A DNA stretch of 64,000 nt from NCBI RefSeq assembly GCF_006345805.1, contig NC_043006.1, positions 48,298,001 to 48,362,000 of the forward strand, written 5' to 3'. A model generated the notes under the pieces. It made no database searches. It had not been told where the DNA came from and worked only from the letters and a program-made list of their open reading frames with translations. Source of the DNA: Octopus sinensis. Lineage: Eukaryota. The first letter of the stretch is position 1; each line of letters opens with the position of its first letter. The translations under genes and the position numbers were made by a program. Positions 25,171-36,781 of the stretch are shown here, piece by piece.

Positions 25171-25819
25171 TGCTGTGTAATGTGACTGTTTAAGTTAACC
25201 ATATATGAGATGTGTGTGTTGCTGTACTGCGCCTGCGGAATTTGATGATTCATCAAACAGCGAAGCAGCTTCTACCGCGACACCAGAGCTAGCTGTCCGT
25301 GGTCACTGACCGATGTAGGTGACAAAATTATTCATGCGAAGCAGCAAAACTTTTGGTGAGTCAGATGTGACTCTGGACCAATGCCCGTTCTTGCTCGTTC
25401 TTGTACGTTCTTGGTTGCCATAACGTGCTATGATCGGGGGACCGAATGTGATTGCGCTTAAGAGATGACCTGGTGAAGGACAACCTTCAATTTTTGACTT
25501 AAACACCGTTCATCATCTGCCTGATCTTCCCCCCCTCTCTCATACATATACATACACACACACATACATACATACGTATACGGGTTGAGACGAGATCGTT
25601 AGTGGACGGACGTAGGAGAAAACAATAAACAGAATAAAGATTTAAAGACAACAAATAAAATTACAATGATACAGAAACAGTAAAAAAAGGCTTAAGGCTG
25701 CAAGACAAGACAAAAATGGGTAACGCCAAGGAGAAATGAAAACTGCCCCAAAGGGCTATAGTCACGAGAGGGCTAGGGCGAGGATCTCAGAAAATCGCAT
25801 GTGTGTTTCTTTGGGGCAG

Positions 25820-26010
25820 ACTTTGACAACCGACGCTGGTGTGCTTATATCACCGTAACTTAGCGGTTCGGCAAAATTGACCGATAGAGTAAGTACTAGG
25901 CTACAAAAGGAATCAGTCTTGCGGCAATTTTTTTCGACAATAAAAATCTCTATGGCGGTGCTCCAACATGACCGCAGTCAACTGACTGAAACAAGTAAAA
26001 GAATAAAATA
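25820..26010 (+). mobile_element. SINE group A, 3' half
   Basis: ttgacaaccgacgctggtgtg...gactgaaacaagtaaaagaata. Confidence 0.8.
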
Positions 26011-26494
26011 ACACACATATATAAAAATATGAGAGATAGAAAATTGAAATCACGAGACTCTTTCATCAGAACCACTACGATCGTTTCGACCCATCACGCA
26101 CCCGTACCTTACTGGAGATATGCTGCATAATCAGTTTTCGCGCATTATTGTTGTTGACATCAAGTAGGCGAATACCGTGGACGGGCTTTAAACAGCATAC
26201 TACAAGGTGTATAGCCGGATATAAAATTATTACATGCGTATCTCTTTTACTCTTTTACTTGTTTCAGTCATTTTACTGCGGCCATGCTGGAGCACCGCCT
26301 TTAGTCGAGCAAATCGACCCCAGGACTTATTCTTTGTAAGCCTAGTATTTATTCTATCGGTACCTTTTGCCGAACCGCTAAGTTACGGAGATGTAAACAC
26401 ACCACCAGCATCGGTTGTGAAGCGATTTGTGGGGGGGGGGGGCAAAAGCAGACACACAAAATACACACACACACACACACACACATACATATAT

Positions 26495-27230
26495 TGCACT
26501 TCATTTTTTAATGTTTTTTCCCCCATACCTTTGTGAGTTGGTTTGAGCAAACACTATCTGAGAGAGATCTTCTTTAAGTATTAGAAATAGCTAAAGAAAT
26601 TTCTTTAGCTGCTATTTCTAATGAGTTCAGTATGTGGCAAAGTAATTTATTTTACTAAGCCCTTATATATAATGTAATATTTTGAATTTGCCTAAAATGG
26701 TCCCTTTACATACTGAATACTTGGTGAAATTGATTAATAATTAATTAATTTTACCCTCAATTGTTGAAATTATAATTCATTTCTCTCTGTTTAATGCTTC
26801 GGTTTTCACCGATAAAACATAGTGTTTGTCAATTTTAACCCACGCTGGTGGAAAGGGGAGAGCAGAAATTCTTCGCTTGCATATTTTGAATTTGATAGCA
26901 CTTTTAGTTCGAGCGGAATTCTAGAGGTGATAAGAAGCCAAAAGGGTATGCTCCCACTTTCAGTGTTCCCAAATCCGAATCAAGGAGTTCTGAGCTGACG
27001 AAAGAAATGTCGATTTGACTAATCTAGAAACGTACGTTCTCAAATAACCTTTGCACTTGATTTTTTAATGTTTTTTCCCCCATACCTTTGTGAGTTGGTT
27101 TGAGCAAACACTATCTGAGAGAGATCTTCTTTAAGTATTAGAAATAGCTAAAGAAATTTCTTTAGCTGCTATTTCTAATGAGTTCAGTATGTGGCAAAGT
27201 AATTTATTTTACTAAGCCCTTATATATAAT
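26495..27230 (+). mobile_element. Retrozyme-like repeat, copy A (1.3 units of a 557-bp monomer)
   Basis: 179-bp direct terminal repeat (26495-26673 = 27052-27230); hammerhead motif at 26991-27042; homologous to 51626-52624 on the opposite strand. Confidence 0.7.
26991..27042 (+). ncRNA. Type I hammerhead ribozyme motif (loop 3 GUAC)
   Basis: tgag-CTGACGA-aagaaatgtcgatttgactaatcta-GAAAC-gtac-GTT-ctca. Stem I tgag/ctca, stem II (a)aga/tct(a), predicted cleavage after U27038. Confidence 0.7.
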
Positions 27231-29283
27231 ATATATATATATATATATATGACAGGCTTCTTTCAGTTTCCGTCTACCAAATTCACTCACAAGTCTTTGG
27301 TCAGCTCGAGGCTATAGTAGAAGACACTTGCCCAAGATTCCACGCAGTGGCACTGAACCCAGAACCATGCGGTTCGTAAGCAAGCTAGTTACCACACACC
27401 CACTCCTACGCGTCTGTGTGTGTGCGCGCGTGTGTGTGTGTCCGCGTGCGTGCATGTGTTAATCTCATTCTCCCTCTCTCCCTTTCTCTCTCTCTCTTTC
27501 TCTCTTTCTCTGTATGTTTTATATACGATAATAAATTTGCTCAATATAAGTTGTGAGATTGGCGATTTTGATTTTTATGCGTTCCTATGCGTTAAGTCTT
27601 CTCTCTCCCTCTCTCTTCCTCTACATTCCTCCATCTTCCTCTCTCTCTCTCTCTCTCACCAAATACTCGTTCATTACATTAAATCGTTACTGTATCACTG
27701 TGTCTGTCATTGCTGCTTATACTAATACTTTATTTCCCACTTCCCACTCAGGCATCAAATATCCACTTACAGCTTTGCTAAGTATGTGATTTGTTGATAA
27801 ATATTTCAGGCCATATAGCACTCTGTCATGACGGCGATACGATACAAACTGCTGACTATTTGGTTTGTAATTTGAAAGCATATCGATTCATTCAGTTGCG
27901 ACTCTTTATGTTTATATAGGAGGAAGGAAATTGCAACCTCTTATAAATTTAGTCTAATATGTTAGAATGTGACATATTTTGTGCAGAAAATTATGTGGCA
28001 TAAAAATATCGAGAGGAAACTACAGGTATTTCGTGGTTGACAACGTTGCATTATCGCTCCAATGATTTTTTCAGCAACACATCCGTTCCAATTTGATTCC
28101 CCACATGTACCCAAACTCACTTCCATTCTACGAACTAAACAATTTTAACAAAATATTTCCGTTTTCATAAATCAATTTTTTTAAAACATGAAATTTATGT
28201 ATAATTAATAATGTCTATTATTCATAAATAAAATTAAATTGATTTTAAAAATGAATAGCATACTTGGTAGACCACCAGAGAAAATTGCGTTTCAATATTT
28301 AGGTTTAGCCTCTTCGCGTCCCCGTTCTGTTCGAGCTAAGATTGATTCTGACGTTTGTTCTTAAAGTACTAGTCAAGACTTGGTATAGATTCAATCGATG
28401 TCCAGTTTACTTTGTACATTAACTAATCTCTATAATATTCCCGAGAAAATTGGATGCAATGAACTAGTTCTCATTTCTTGCAAAGATTTACCTCTTATCA
28501 TCTTAACGCTTCACAAACCGAATATAATTAACTATCCTCTTTCACTAATTACGCTAAGATTAACATGGCTGCATATCTTTATTATGCAAGAATATTTAAG
28601 TAGAATTTGTATAAATTGCGCAGAATAAAGTATTTTAGTAGATTTACGGCTGACGACATTATTCAGAGAATATTTAAGTAGTATTAGAATAACACGTACA
28701 GAATAATGGATTCCTGTAGTCTAAGATCTAATACAGTATTTTCAATTGACGGTTCAATGTAACAGCTGTCGTTTCATACTTGCAATGACTTCGAATTTAG
28801 TACAAAATATATTTCTATGTCCGCCCTACCATGCAAGGGGTTTTCTTACTAGAGATATTAACGCGATATTCCTATCAATTTAGTAATTTTAAAGATTTTT
28901 AAAAACTCTGATCTTCAATGGTAAGACGCTGCTAATTACGTTGTAAGTAACTGTTTTCTAGCCTTAATCCAGACCCAGTTAGTAAATCTATGATCAAAGC
29001 TGTTCAAATAATGAATGCTTTTCATGCCGTCCATTATTTTCAAGTACACTGTATTATTCTGGATGCTTATCGCCCACCTTCTCATTTTCCGACCTTTGCG
29101 TACATGATGAGGGAAATTTGACTGTTATTTCTAACAAAGGAAGAGACCACATATAGAAATCTCTTCTTTTGTCCCGGCGTATTGACAAATTTCTCTTGGT
29201 AGATTAATGGCGAATCGCAACTATAGTTAGTTGGAAATAACTCTGAACATATTTACGGTTAAGAAAGTTCCGATATTATAAAA

Positions 29284-29619
29284 CAAGGTTTCCCAAACAT
29301 TTTTCACCTTTTGATTACTATCCTATTCTGGTGGATCCCACCGTAACCATTTGATGTTTAAGAACTGGTTTTGTGCAAACTTCTGTCAAAATTCTTATTT
29401 TATTTTTCACACATTTCCTTGTGTAGGTTGCAGTATGTAAAATGCTAGAGAAAGAAACGTTTCTCGCAATACATAACAATACATACGTCAAAAGCAAAAT
29501 TTTTCCAGGGGCCAGTAAAATATTATTGTGGATCCCGAATTTACTATTTTGTTGTGTACATCCCACAAAATTTTATATGGACTCTCATGGGCCATATGGA
29601 CCCCGGCTGAAACCCACTG
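29284..29619. mobile_element. Possible hAT-type MITE
   Basis: Ends caaggtttcccaaac and ggaccccggctgaaacccactg resemble degenerate cagtggtt(c/t)ccaa-type TIRs. Confidence 0.35.
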
Positions 29620-29841
29620 CTTTTAAATGATGAGGCTAAATATACAACATAAACTCGAGAGTTGGTTGATTCGTTTCCTTTCATGTCACGTCTGCGTACG
29701 AAGCAACATTTTATACTCAGCAACTTAATGACTAATAGAATCCGACACCGATTAAAAGTCCTCTCTAGTTTATGCTCGAGTTTTTGTCTCTAAGCAGAAA
29801 TTTTTTTCCGGCTGATATTGACTCAATGTTTTCTAAAGCTA

Positions 29842-30760
29842 AGGCAGCGAGCTGGCAGAAACGTTAGCACGCCGAGCGAAATGCCTAGCGGTATTTCGTC
29901 GGCCGCTACGTTCTGAGTTCAAATTCCGCCGAGGTCGACTTTGCCTTTCATACTTTCGGGGCCGATTGAATAAGTACCAGTTACGCACTGGGGTCGATGT
30001 AATCGACTTAATCCCTTCGTCTGTCCTTGTTTGTCTTCCCTGTGTTTAGCCCATTATGGGTAGTAAAGAAATAGGTATTTCGCCTGCCGTTACGTTCTGA
30101 GTTCAAATTCCGCCGAGGTCGACTTTGCCTTTCATCCTTTCGGGGTCGATAAATTAAGTACCAGTTAAGCACTGGAATCGATGTAATCGACTTATTCTGT
30201 TTGTCTATCCTCGTTTGATTCCTCTATGTTTAACCCCTTGTGGGTAGTAAAGAAATAGGTATTTCGTCTGCCGTTACGTTCTGAGTTCAAATTCCGCCGA
30301 GGTCGACTTTGCCTTTCATTCTTTCGGGGTCGATAAATTAAGTACCAGTTAAGCACTGGAATCGATGTAATCGACTTATTTTGTTTGTCTATCCTTGTTT
30401 GATTCCTCTATGTTTAACCCCTTGTGGGTAGTAAAGAAATAGGTATTTCGTCTGCCGTTACGTTCTGAGTTCAAATTCCGCCGAGGTCGACTTTGCCTTT
30501 CTTCCTTTCAGGGTCGATAAATTAAGTACCAGTTATGCACTGGGGAGGTCGATGTAATTGACGTAATCCCTTTATTTGTCCTTGTTTGTCCCCTCTGTGT
30601 CTAACCCCTTCTGGGCAATAAAGAAATAAGAATCGTTACCACACCGGGAAAAATACTTAGCGGTATTTCGTCCGTCCTTAAGTTCTGAGTTCAAATTCTG
30701 CCAAGGTCATCTTTACCTTTCATCCTTTCGAAGTCGATAAAATAAGTAACAGTTTATCAT
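29842..30760 (+). repeat. Tandem array of SINE group B, 184-bp period, ~4.7 units
   Basis: ggtatttcg at 29890, 30074, 30258 and 30442; only the first unit has the full head. Confidence 0.9.
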
Positions 30761-30935
30761 TCGCGTCGGTAATCAGATGCATACCCCGAAATTGCTGGCC
30801 TTGAGTCAAAATTTGAAATCAATATTATCCATAGCTGTTCATGACAGAAAGGATTTTTTCGAAATTACAACTGTATTTTTAGAAATATTAAAATTCCTAA
30901 GCCTCTCTAAAGGAGACTACGGCAGCGGTACTGGA

Positions 30936-31184
30936 TATTAATAGTTTTCGCCAAGCTAATATGGCAGTCCAGAAATATAGGACGAATGCTGCTGTTGATT
31001 AGCTCCAAGATGCCATCGTCTCTGTCTAGCTATGTGACACACGAACCTATAAAACAGGTTATAATGGACACAGGTTCGTGTGTCACATAGCTAACTAGAG
31101 GCGATGGCCACTTGGAGCTAATCAACGGCAGCATTCGTCCTATATTTCTGGACTGCCATGTTAGCTTGGCGATAACTATTAATA
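30936..31184. mobile_element. Palindromic MITE-like element, ~113-bp arms, 23-nt spacer
   Basis: 30936-31048 vs 31072-31184 are reverse complements with a few mismatches; TA at both ends. Confidence 0.85.
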
Positions 31185-31530
31185 AACTGTATTTTTATTT
31201 AATCATTCTGCATAAGATCAAATCTGCCATATGCAATGGAAACTATATATTCTGCAGCTATCATCTCTTTTTAAAGCATCAGTGCACAAACCACATTGAA
31301 CTCATACATAAGACACCGAGGGATACAAGATGTATATGTGGTTTTGAAGTGTTTGATGTTTCGCTTACTTGTGTTCTGTCTGAGATGAAGGATTACGGAC
31401 TGACAGTGCAAACAGAAGCCATTGATATGGTCAAAGAAGTACAAAGAAGAGACTCAACAAGTCGATCGCACAGGATTTGATGTTGTTAGTGTTGCTGCTG
31501 GTATTACTGATGCCGTCGATTGTTGTTGTT

Positions 31531-31790
31531 TTCTTCCTCTTCTTCTTCTCTCTCTTCTTCTTCTTCTTCTTCTTCTTCTTCCACTTCCCCTTCTTCTTCT
31601 TCTTCTTCTTCTTCTTCATCTTCCTCTTCCTCTTCCTCTTTCTCCTCTTCTTCTTCTTCTTGCTCTTCCTCTTCTTCCTTTTCTTCTTCTTCCTTTTCTT
31701 CTTCTTCCTTTTCTTCTTCTTTGTCGTCTTCTTCTTCTTCTTCTTCTTCTTCTTCTTCTTCTTCTTCTTCTTCTTCTTCTTCTTCTTCTT
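31531..31790. repeat. (TTC)n/(TCC)n microsatellite
   Basis: Direct reading; source of the poly-K/E/F/S/L pseudo-ORFs. Confidence 0.95.
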
Positions 31791-32066
31791 CCAATCAGGA
31801 CTCACGCCATTAGCCACAAACAATAATCTCTAATTCGAGCCTGCTCTAAGCTACTAAGAATGCGTGTGGCAACTTGAAGGTCCACCTACCACACGCCATA
31901 AACTGGCGGCTGCACGGTCGTGAAAGCCACGTTATTATTCTCGTTCCGTAAACGGTGGCTTTTTAACGGGTGGAGAGATGAACCATCTGGGGTACAGAGG
32001 ATTCGCAATCTAGACTAAGGTCTGAATGTTTACCACACCATAGTGGGTTACACTATGGTTCCTATG

Positions 32067-32245
32067 CTTTGTGGCAGAAGTAGGAAGAAAGAGTGAGAGA
32101 AAGTTGTGGTGAAAGCTGTACCGGAGCCTCGTAGAGCTTAGATGTTTTTGGTCCATAAACACTCACAATGCCCGGTCTGGGAATCGAAACCGCGTTCTTA
32201 CGACCGCGAGTCCGCTGCCCTAACCACTGGGCCATTGCGCCTCCA
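32067..32245 (-). mobile_element. SINE group C, head and body
   Basis: Matches 8860-9038. Confidence 0.8.
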
Positions 32246-32384
32246 CTGTTGTTGTTGTTGTTTATTGCCAGGTCAGCACTGATCAACCAAAACATATAGT
32301 CCAAGATGTTGCAATCATGATCATGCTACCTTGCTTCCAGCCATTATTGCTTCCAGTTTTATTTGATAAGATGGATACTTCTAG

Positions 32385-32800
32385 GCGGGGAGCTGGCAGA
32401 AACGTTAGCACACCGGGCGAACTGCTTAGCGGGATTTCGTCTGCCGTTACGTTCGGAGTTCAAATTCCGCCGAGGTCGACTTTGCCTTTCATCATTTCGG
32501 GGTTGATAAATTAAGTACCAGTTGCGCATTGGGGTCGATATAATCGTCGTAATCCGTTTGTCTGTCTTTGTTTGTCCTCTCTACGTTTAGCCCCTTGTGG
32601 GTAGTAAAGAAATATGTATTTCGTCTACCGTTATGTTCTGAGTTCAAATTCCGCCACGGTCGACTTTGCCTTTCATACTTTCGGGGTCGATACATTAAGT
32701 ACCAGTTATGCACTGGGGTCGATGTAATCGACTTAAATCCCTTTGCGTATCCTTTTTTGTTCCCTCTATGTGTAGCCCCTTGTGGGCAACAAAGAAATAA
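32385..32800 (+). mobile_element. SINE group B dimer
   Basis: Full unit plus a head-less second unit joined at gtagtaaagaaata|tgtatttcg. Confidence 0.85.
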
Positions 32801-32966
32801 AATAGATACTTCTATGAAAGCAATATAATGAGGATACGTGTATTGTAAGAGATAGTCGGACCTTTTTTTTAATGACGAATTTAAAAATCCATTTTATGAC
32901 AAATAAATTTTATATAATACATTGATAGACATCTTCGAAACTCCTCATAAATAACAACTCTTATTA

Positions 32967-33365
32967 AGCGCGGGAATGGTTTTGTGTTTAAGACACGCTT
33001 TGCAATCGCGTAGTTTTAGGTTCAGTTCCACCATGTGGCACCTTGGGCGATTGTCTTCTATTATAGCCTTAGATCGTGCAACGCCTTCTGAATGAACTCT
33101 ATGGACGGAAACTGTGTGGAAGCCCGCTGCATGTGTGCGTGTCTTTCTGTTTGTGTTTGTCTCTCCACCATCACCGCTTGATAACTGATATTGTTTTCTT
33201 TATGTTACCCTTATCTAGCGGTTTGGCAAAAGACATCGATGAAATAAGCACCAGACTTTAAAGAAAAAAAGGAAACAAGAATAATTACTGAGGTCCATCT
33301 GTTCGAGTAAATTCTTCAAAGCGGTACCCCAGCATGGCCGCAGTCTAATGAATGAAACAAATAAA
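32967..33365 (+). mobile_element. SINE group A, diverged
   Basis: ggttcagttcc B box, gtggcaccttgggc, ccagcatggccgcagtc. Confidence 0.75.
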
Positions 33366-33427
33366 AAAATCAAAACACACAAACGATGAGCATAAATATA
33401 TATATACCAATTGTATACGTTCTACTA

Positions 33428-33678
33428 GGCGCGTGGCTTAGTGGTTAGGGTGTCAGCACCATGATCGTAAGATTGTGGTTTCGATTTCTGGACCGGGCGA
33501 CGCGTTGTGTTCTTGAGCAAAACACTTCATTTCACTTTGCTCCAGTCCACTCAGCCGGCAAAAATGAGTAACGCTGCGATGGACTGACATCCCGTCCAGC
33601 TGGGGAACACATATGCCATAGAAACCGGGAAACCGGGCTCATGAGCCTGGCCAAGCTTTAAAAGGGCGCATTATTACT
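33428..33678 (+). mobile_element. SINE group D with tail 1a
   Basis: ggcgcgtggcttagtggttaggg A box, ggtttcgatttc B box; tail shared with the group C copy at 8720. Confidence 0.85.
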
Positions 33679-34374
33679 TTTATACGTTCTACTACGCATT
33701 CACCGATTAATTATAATACCATAGCAGAGCCACAAATGACTTCTAGAGAATTTTGACTGATAATTTTATTTGCTATTCAAGAGGAAAAGACTAAAAACAT
33801 TGCGTTATAAACGAAATACCATGATATGAGCCTTGTGGTTATTTACAATATGTCTGCTATTTACACAGTGCGGTTTATTATATTGGCTATGGCGGGTGTC
33901 AGTGAAAAAATTTCAGGCCTATTGTACAGACACTGAATATACGGTTACACATACTAATGAACTATTTATATGAGCAACGTATCTGCATGCCTTTGGTTTG
34001 TTCTAGTCGGCCTCTTGCAAGCAGTCTAGAGATAAATTAGTTATTTTTCCACCGAGTTGGCACGAATTGATTCCCTCCCATCCATGACCTCCAACTGGCT
34101 ATTTGTTTCCCAGAAGCAAAGGAATTCTAAATGGTCAGCAGGAATTTTTGTTATCCGTTTATCATGACATGACAGTGTTACGTAAGGCAGATATAATTAT
34201 TTCTATTATTCAATGCTGCTGAAGTATCCTTTGTTATAACTAACCGAGCGAAAGCTATACTGTCATTATTATTGTTAGTTTTATAAAAACAACATCAACA
34301 GAATGAATAACACCACCACCAACAACAACAACAGCAACAACAACAACGACAACAATCAACATCATCATAGCCAT

Positions 34375-34680
34375 GTGTTTGGGGTTTGAATAATTCAACT
34401 CTGGAAACATGCATGTTTCGTTCAACGTCCTTAAACAACCCTTATTAAGGGAACTTTTTAGTGGGATGGGTTAATCGACCTGAAGAAAGATTCTAACTGG
34501 CCCCCCACCTGCAAAGTCATGTGCTATTTATCTTGATATGAGATCACTATGTCGCGCACATATGGTTGTGATGCATGTGTCTGGTGTACCCTTATCAGAC
34601 GGGTTGTCATGATGGGTATACTGGGCTTCATATATATAATCCCAGTGTCAATTTGATGGCATGCACTGCTTTCTCACCCA
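34375..34680 (+). mobile_element. Probable LINE 3' UTR fragment ending in (TAC)n(TAA)n
   Basis: Non-repetitive block between (CAA)n and (TAC)n(TAA)n. Resembles a common octopus LINE 3' end from memory only. Confidence 0.35.
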
Positions 34681-34705
34681 CTACTACTACTACTACTACT
34701 ACTAC

Positions 34706-34758
<53 letters not shown>

Positions 34759-34766
34759 GTAATAAT

Positions 34767-34826
<60 letters not shown>

Positions 34827-35048
34827 CACACCCATCAGTGGCTACGGAGTGTCTTTATTTTCTTTGTTTACATTTCTATTCTTTGTTTTTCCCTTTTTCC
34901 CTTTATTCTCTCTGTCTTTCTACCCCTTTTTCTCTATCACATGAACAATCTGGTATGTTTATTTTAATGGCCAGCCAATGGATACAGTGCGCTTCTTTGT
35001 CCTAAGACACTCGGCAAGAAATGGAAACAGAATTGAAAGAAGGGGATG

Positions 35049-35099
<51 letters not shown>

Positions 35100-35247
35100 T
35101 GAACGAACTACTGAGTTTGGTTTAATGGCCTACCAATATACACTATGAGTTTCTTTGCCCTAGGAGTCGGGAAGACACTCGGCAAGAAATGGAAGAAAAT
35201 TTGAAAGAAGAAAGAAAAAAGTAATAATAATAATAATAATAATAATA

Positions 35248-35840
35248 CATTCACAGACATGACAGAGTTGGAACCTACATACATTGGAAGCTATGCCAAT
35301 ATTATGGAATAACAACAGAAACAAGATGGTATAGGCACACACCAGAAAAGGTCACAGAAAACGAGAAAGCAACCATACTCTGGGATATGCCGATACACAC
35401 AAATAGAGAAATTAAGGCCAACAGACCAGATATAGTTGTCAGAGACCATGAAAAAAAAAAATGCTTTCTAATTGATGTATCAATACCGGCTGATGACAAC
35501 GTGTCTCTAAAAGAAATGGAGAAACTCTCAAAATACAAAGACCTGGAAATAGAGGTAACTAGAATGTGGAATCTGAAAACAGAAACAATTCCTATCATAG
35601 TAGGTGCATTAGGCATATAAAAAATATTCAGACAAATACATAACAAAAACACCGGGACTTACAAACACATATAACATACAGAAAATTGCACTACTAGGCA
35701 CTGCACACATCTACGCAGAACACTTTCCATACAATAACCATCAGAGCATCACAACAAATCACAGCACATACCCAAGGCACACAGAGCTGCGCTCGGTAGT
35801 GAAGTGAATGAAAGCACGCTATAAAAATAAAACTACTGAA
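35248..35840 (+). mobile_element. R4/Dong-type RLE non-LTR retrotransposon, 5'-truncated (endonuclease domain plus 3' UTR)
   Basis: Frame reads RHDRVGTYIHWKLC...ILWDMPIHTNREIKANRPDIVVRD...CFLIDVSIPADDNV...EKLSKYKDLEIEVTRMW...IPIIVGALG, a PD-(D/E)xK restriction-like endonuclease. (TAA)n on both sides. Confidence 0.85.
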
Positions 35841-35865
35841 CAATAATAATAATAATAATAATAAT

Positions 35866-36338
35866 GAAAGCAACCATACTCGGATATGCCGACACACACA
35901 GATAGAGAAATTAAGGCCAACAGACCAGATATAGTTGTCAGAATCATGAAGAAAAAAAAATGCTTTCTAATTGATGTATCAATACCGGCTGATGACAACG
36001 TGTCTCTAAAAGAAATGGAGAAATCTCTCAAAATACAAAGACCTGGAAATAGAGGTAACTAGAATGTGGAATCTGAAAACAGAAACAATTCCTATCATAG
36101 TAGGTGCATTAGGCATGATAAAAAAATATTCAGACAAATACATAACAAAAACACCGGGACTTACAAACACATATAACATACAGAAAATTGCACTACTAGG
36201 CACTGCACACATCCTACGCAGAACACTTTCCATACAATAACCATCAGAATACACAACAAATCACAGCACATACCTAAGGCACACAGAGCTGCGCTCGGTA
36301 GTGAAGTGAAAGCACGCTATAAAAATAAAACTACTGAA
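35866..36338 (+). mobile_element. Second, more truncated copy of the same RLE LINE
   Basis: Near-identical to ~35366-35840, same 3' terminus ataaaaataaaactactgaa, (TAA)n on both sides. Confidence 0.85.
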
Positions 36339-36344
36339 TGATAA

Positions 36345-36407
<63 letters not shown>

Positions 36408-36478
36408 TCCTGTATTGGCCGCAAGAGGCGCAAAAATATTTCGGACAATACAATGACAAAAAGATGTGGGGATTTAGA

Positions 36479-36781
36479 TGTTGTTGTCTGTTCCTTCTCG
36501 AATCACGCCTGGCTCATAGGGCCGGTTTTCCGGTTTCCTTGGCGTGTAGGTTCTCCACCTGGACGGGACGCAGGTCCGTCGTAGATGAGCTGCAAGATGC
36601 AGGAGGAAATAGTGAGAGAAAGTTGTGGCGAAAGAGTCAGCAGAATTTCGCCATTACCTTCTGCCGGATCCGCGTGGAGCTTAGGTGTTTCGCTCATAAA
36701 CACACAAATCACCCGGTCTGAGATTCGAACCCGCGATCCCTCGACCGCGAGTCCGCTGCTCTAACCACTAGGCCATGTGCT
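36479..36781 (-). mobile_element. SINE group C with tail 1b
   Basis: Matches 21292-21586. Confidence 0.8.

Larger units (their letters stand above)
26240..27413 (-). mobile_element. SINE group A split by the insertion at 26495-27230
   Basis: 3' half at 26240-26490 and 5' half at 27247-27413 are colinear; the break falls in the SINE's internal (CA)/(TA) tract. Confidence 0.85.

Noticed and set aside
29842-30760. Regularly spaced repeats resembling a CRISPR array (also 48100-49715)
   Set aside because: Units are 184 or 368 bp, repeat over their whole length with no unique spacers, are SINE-derived, and the DNA is eukaryotic.
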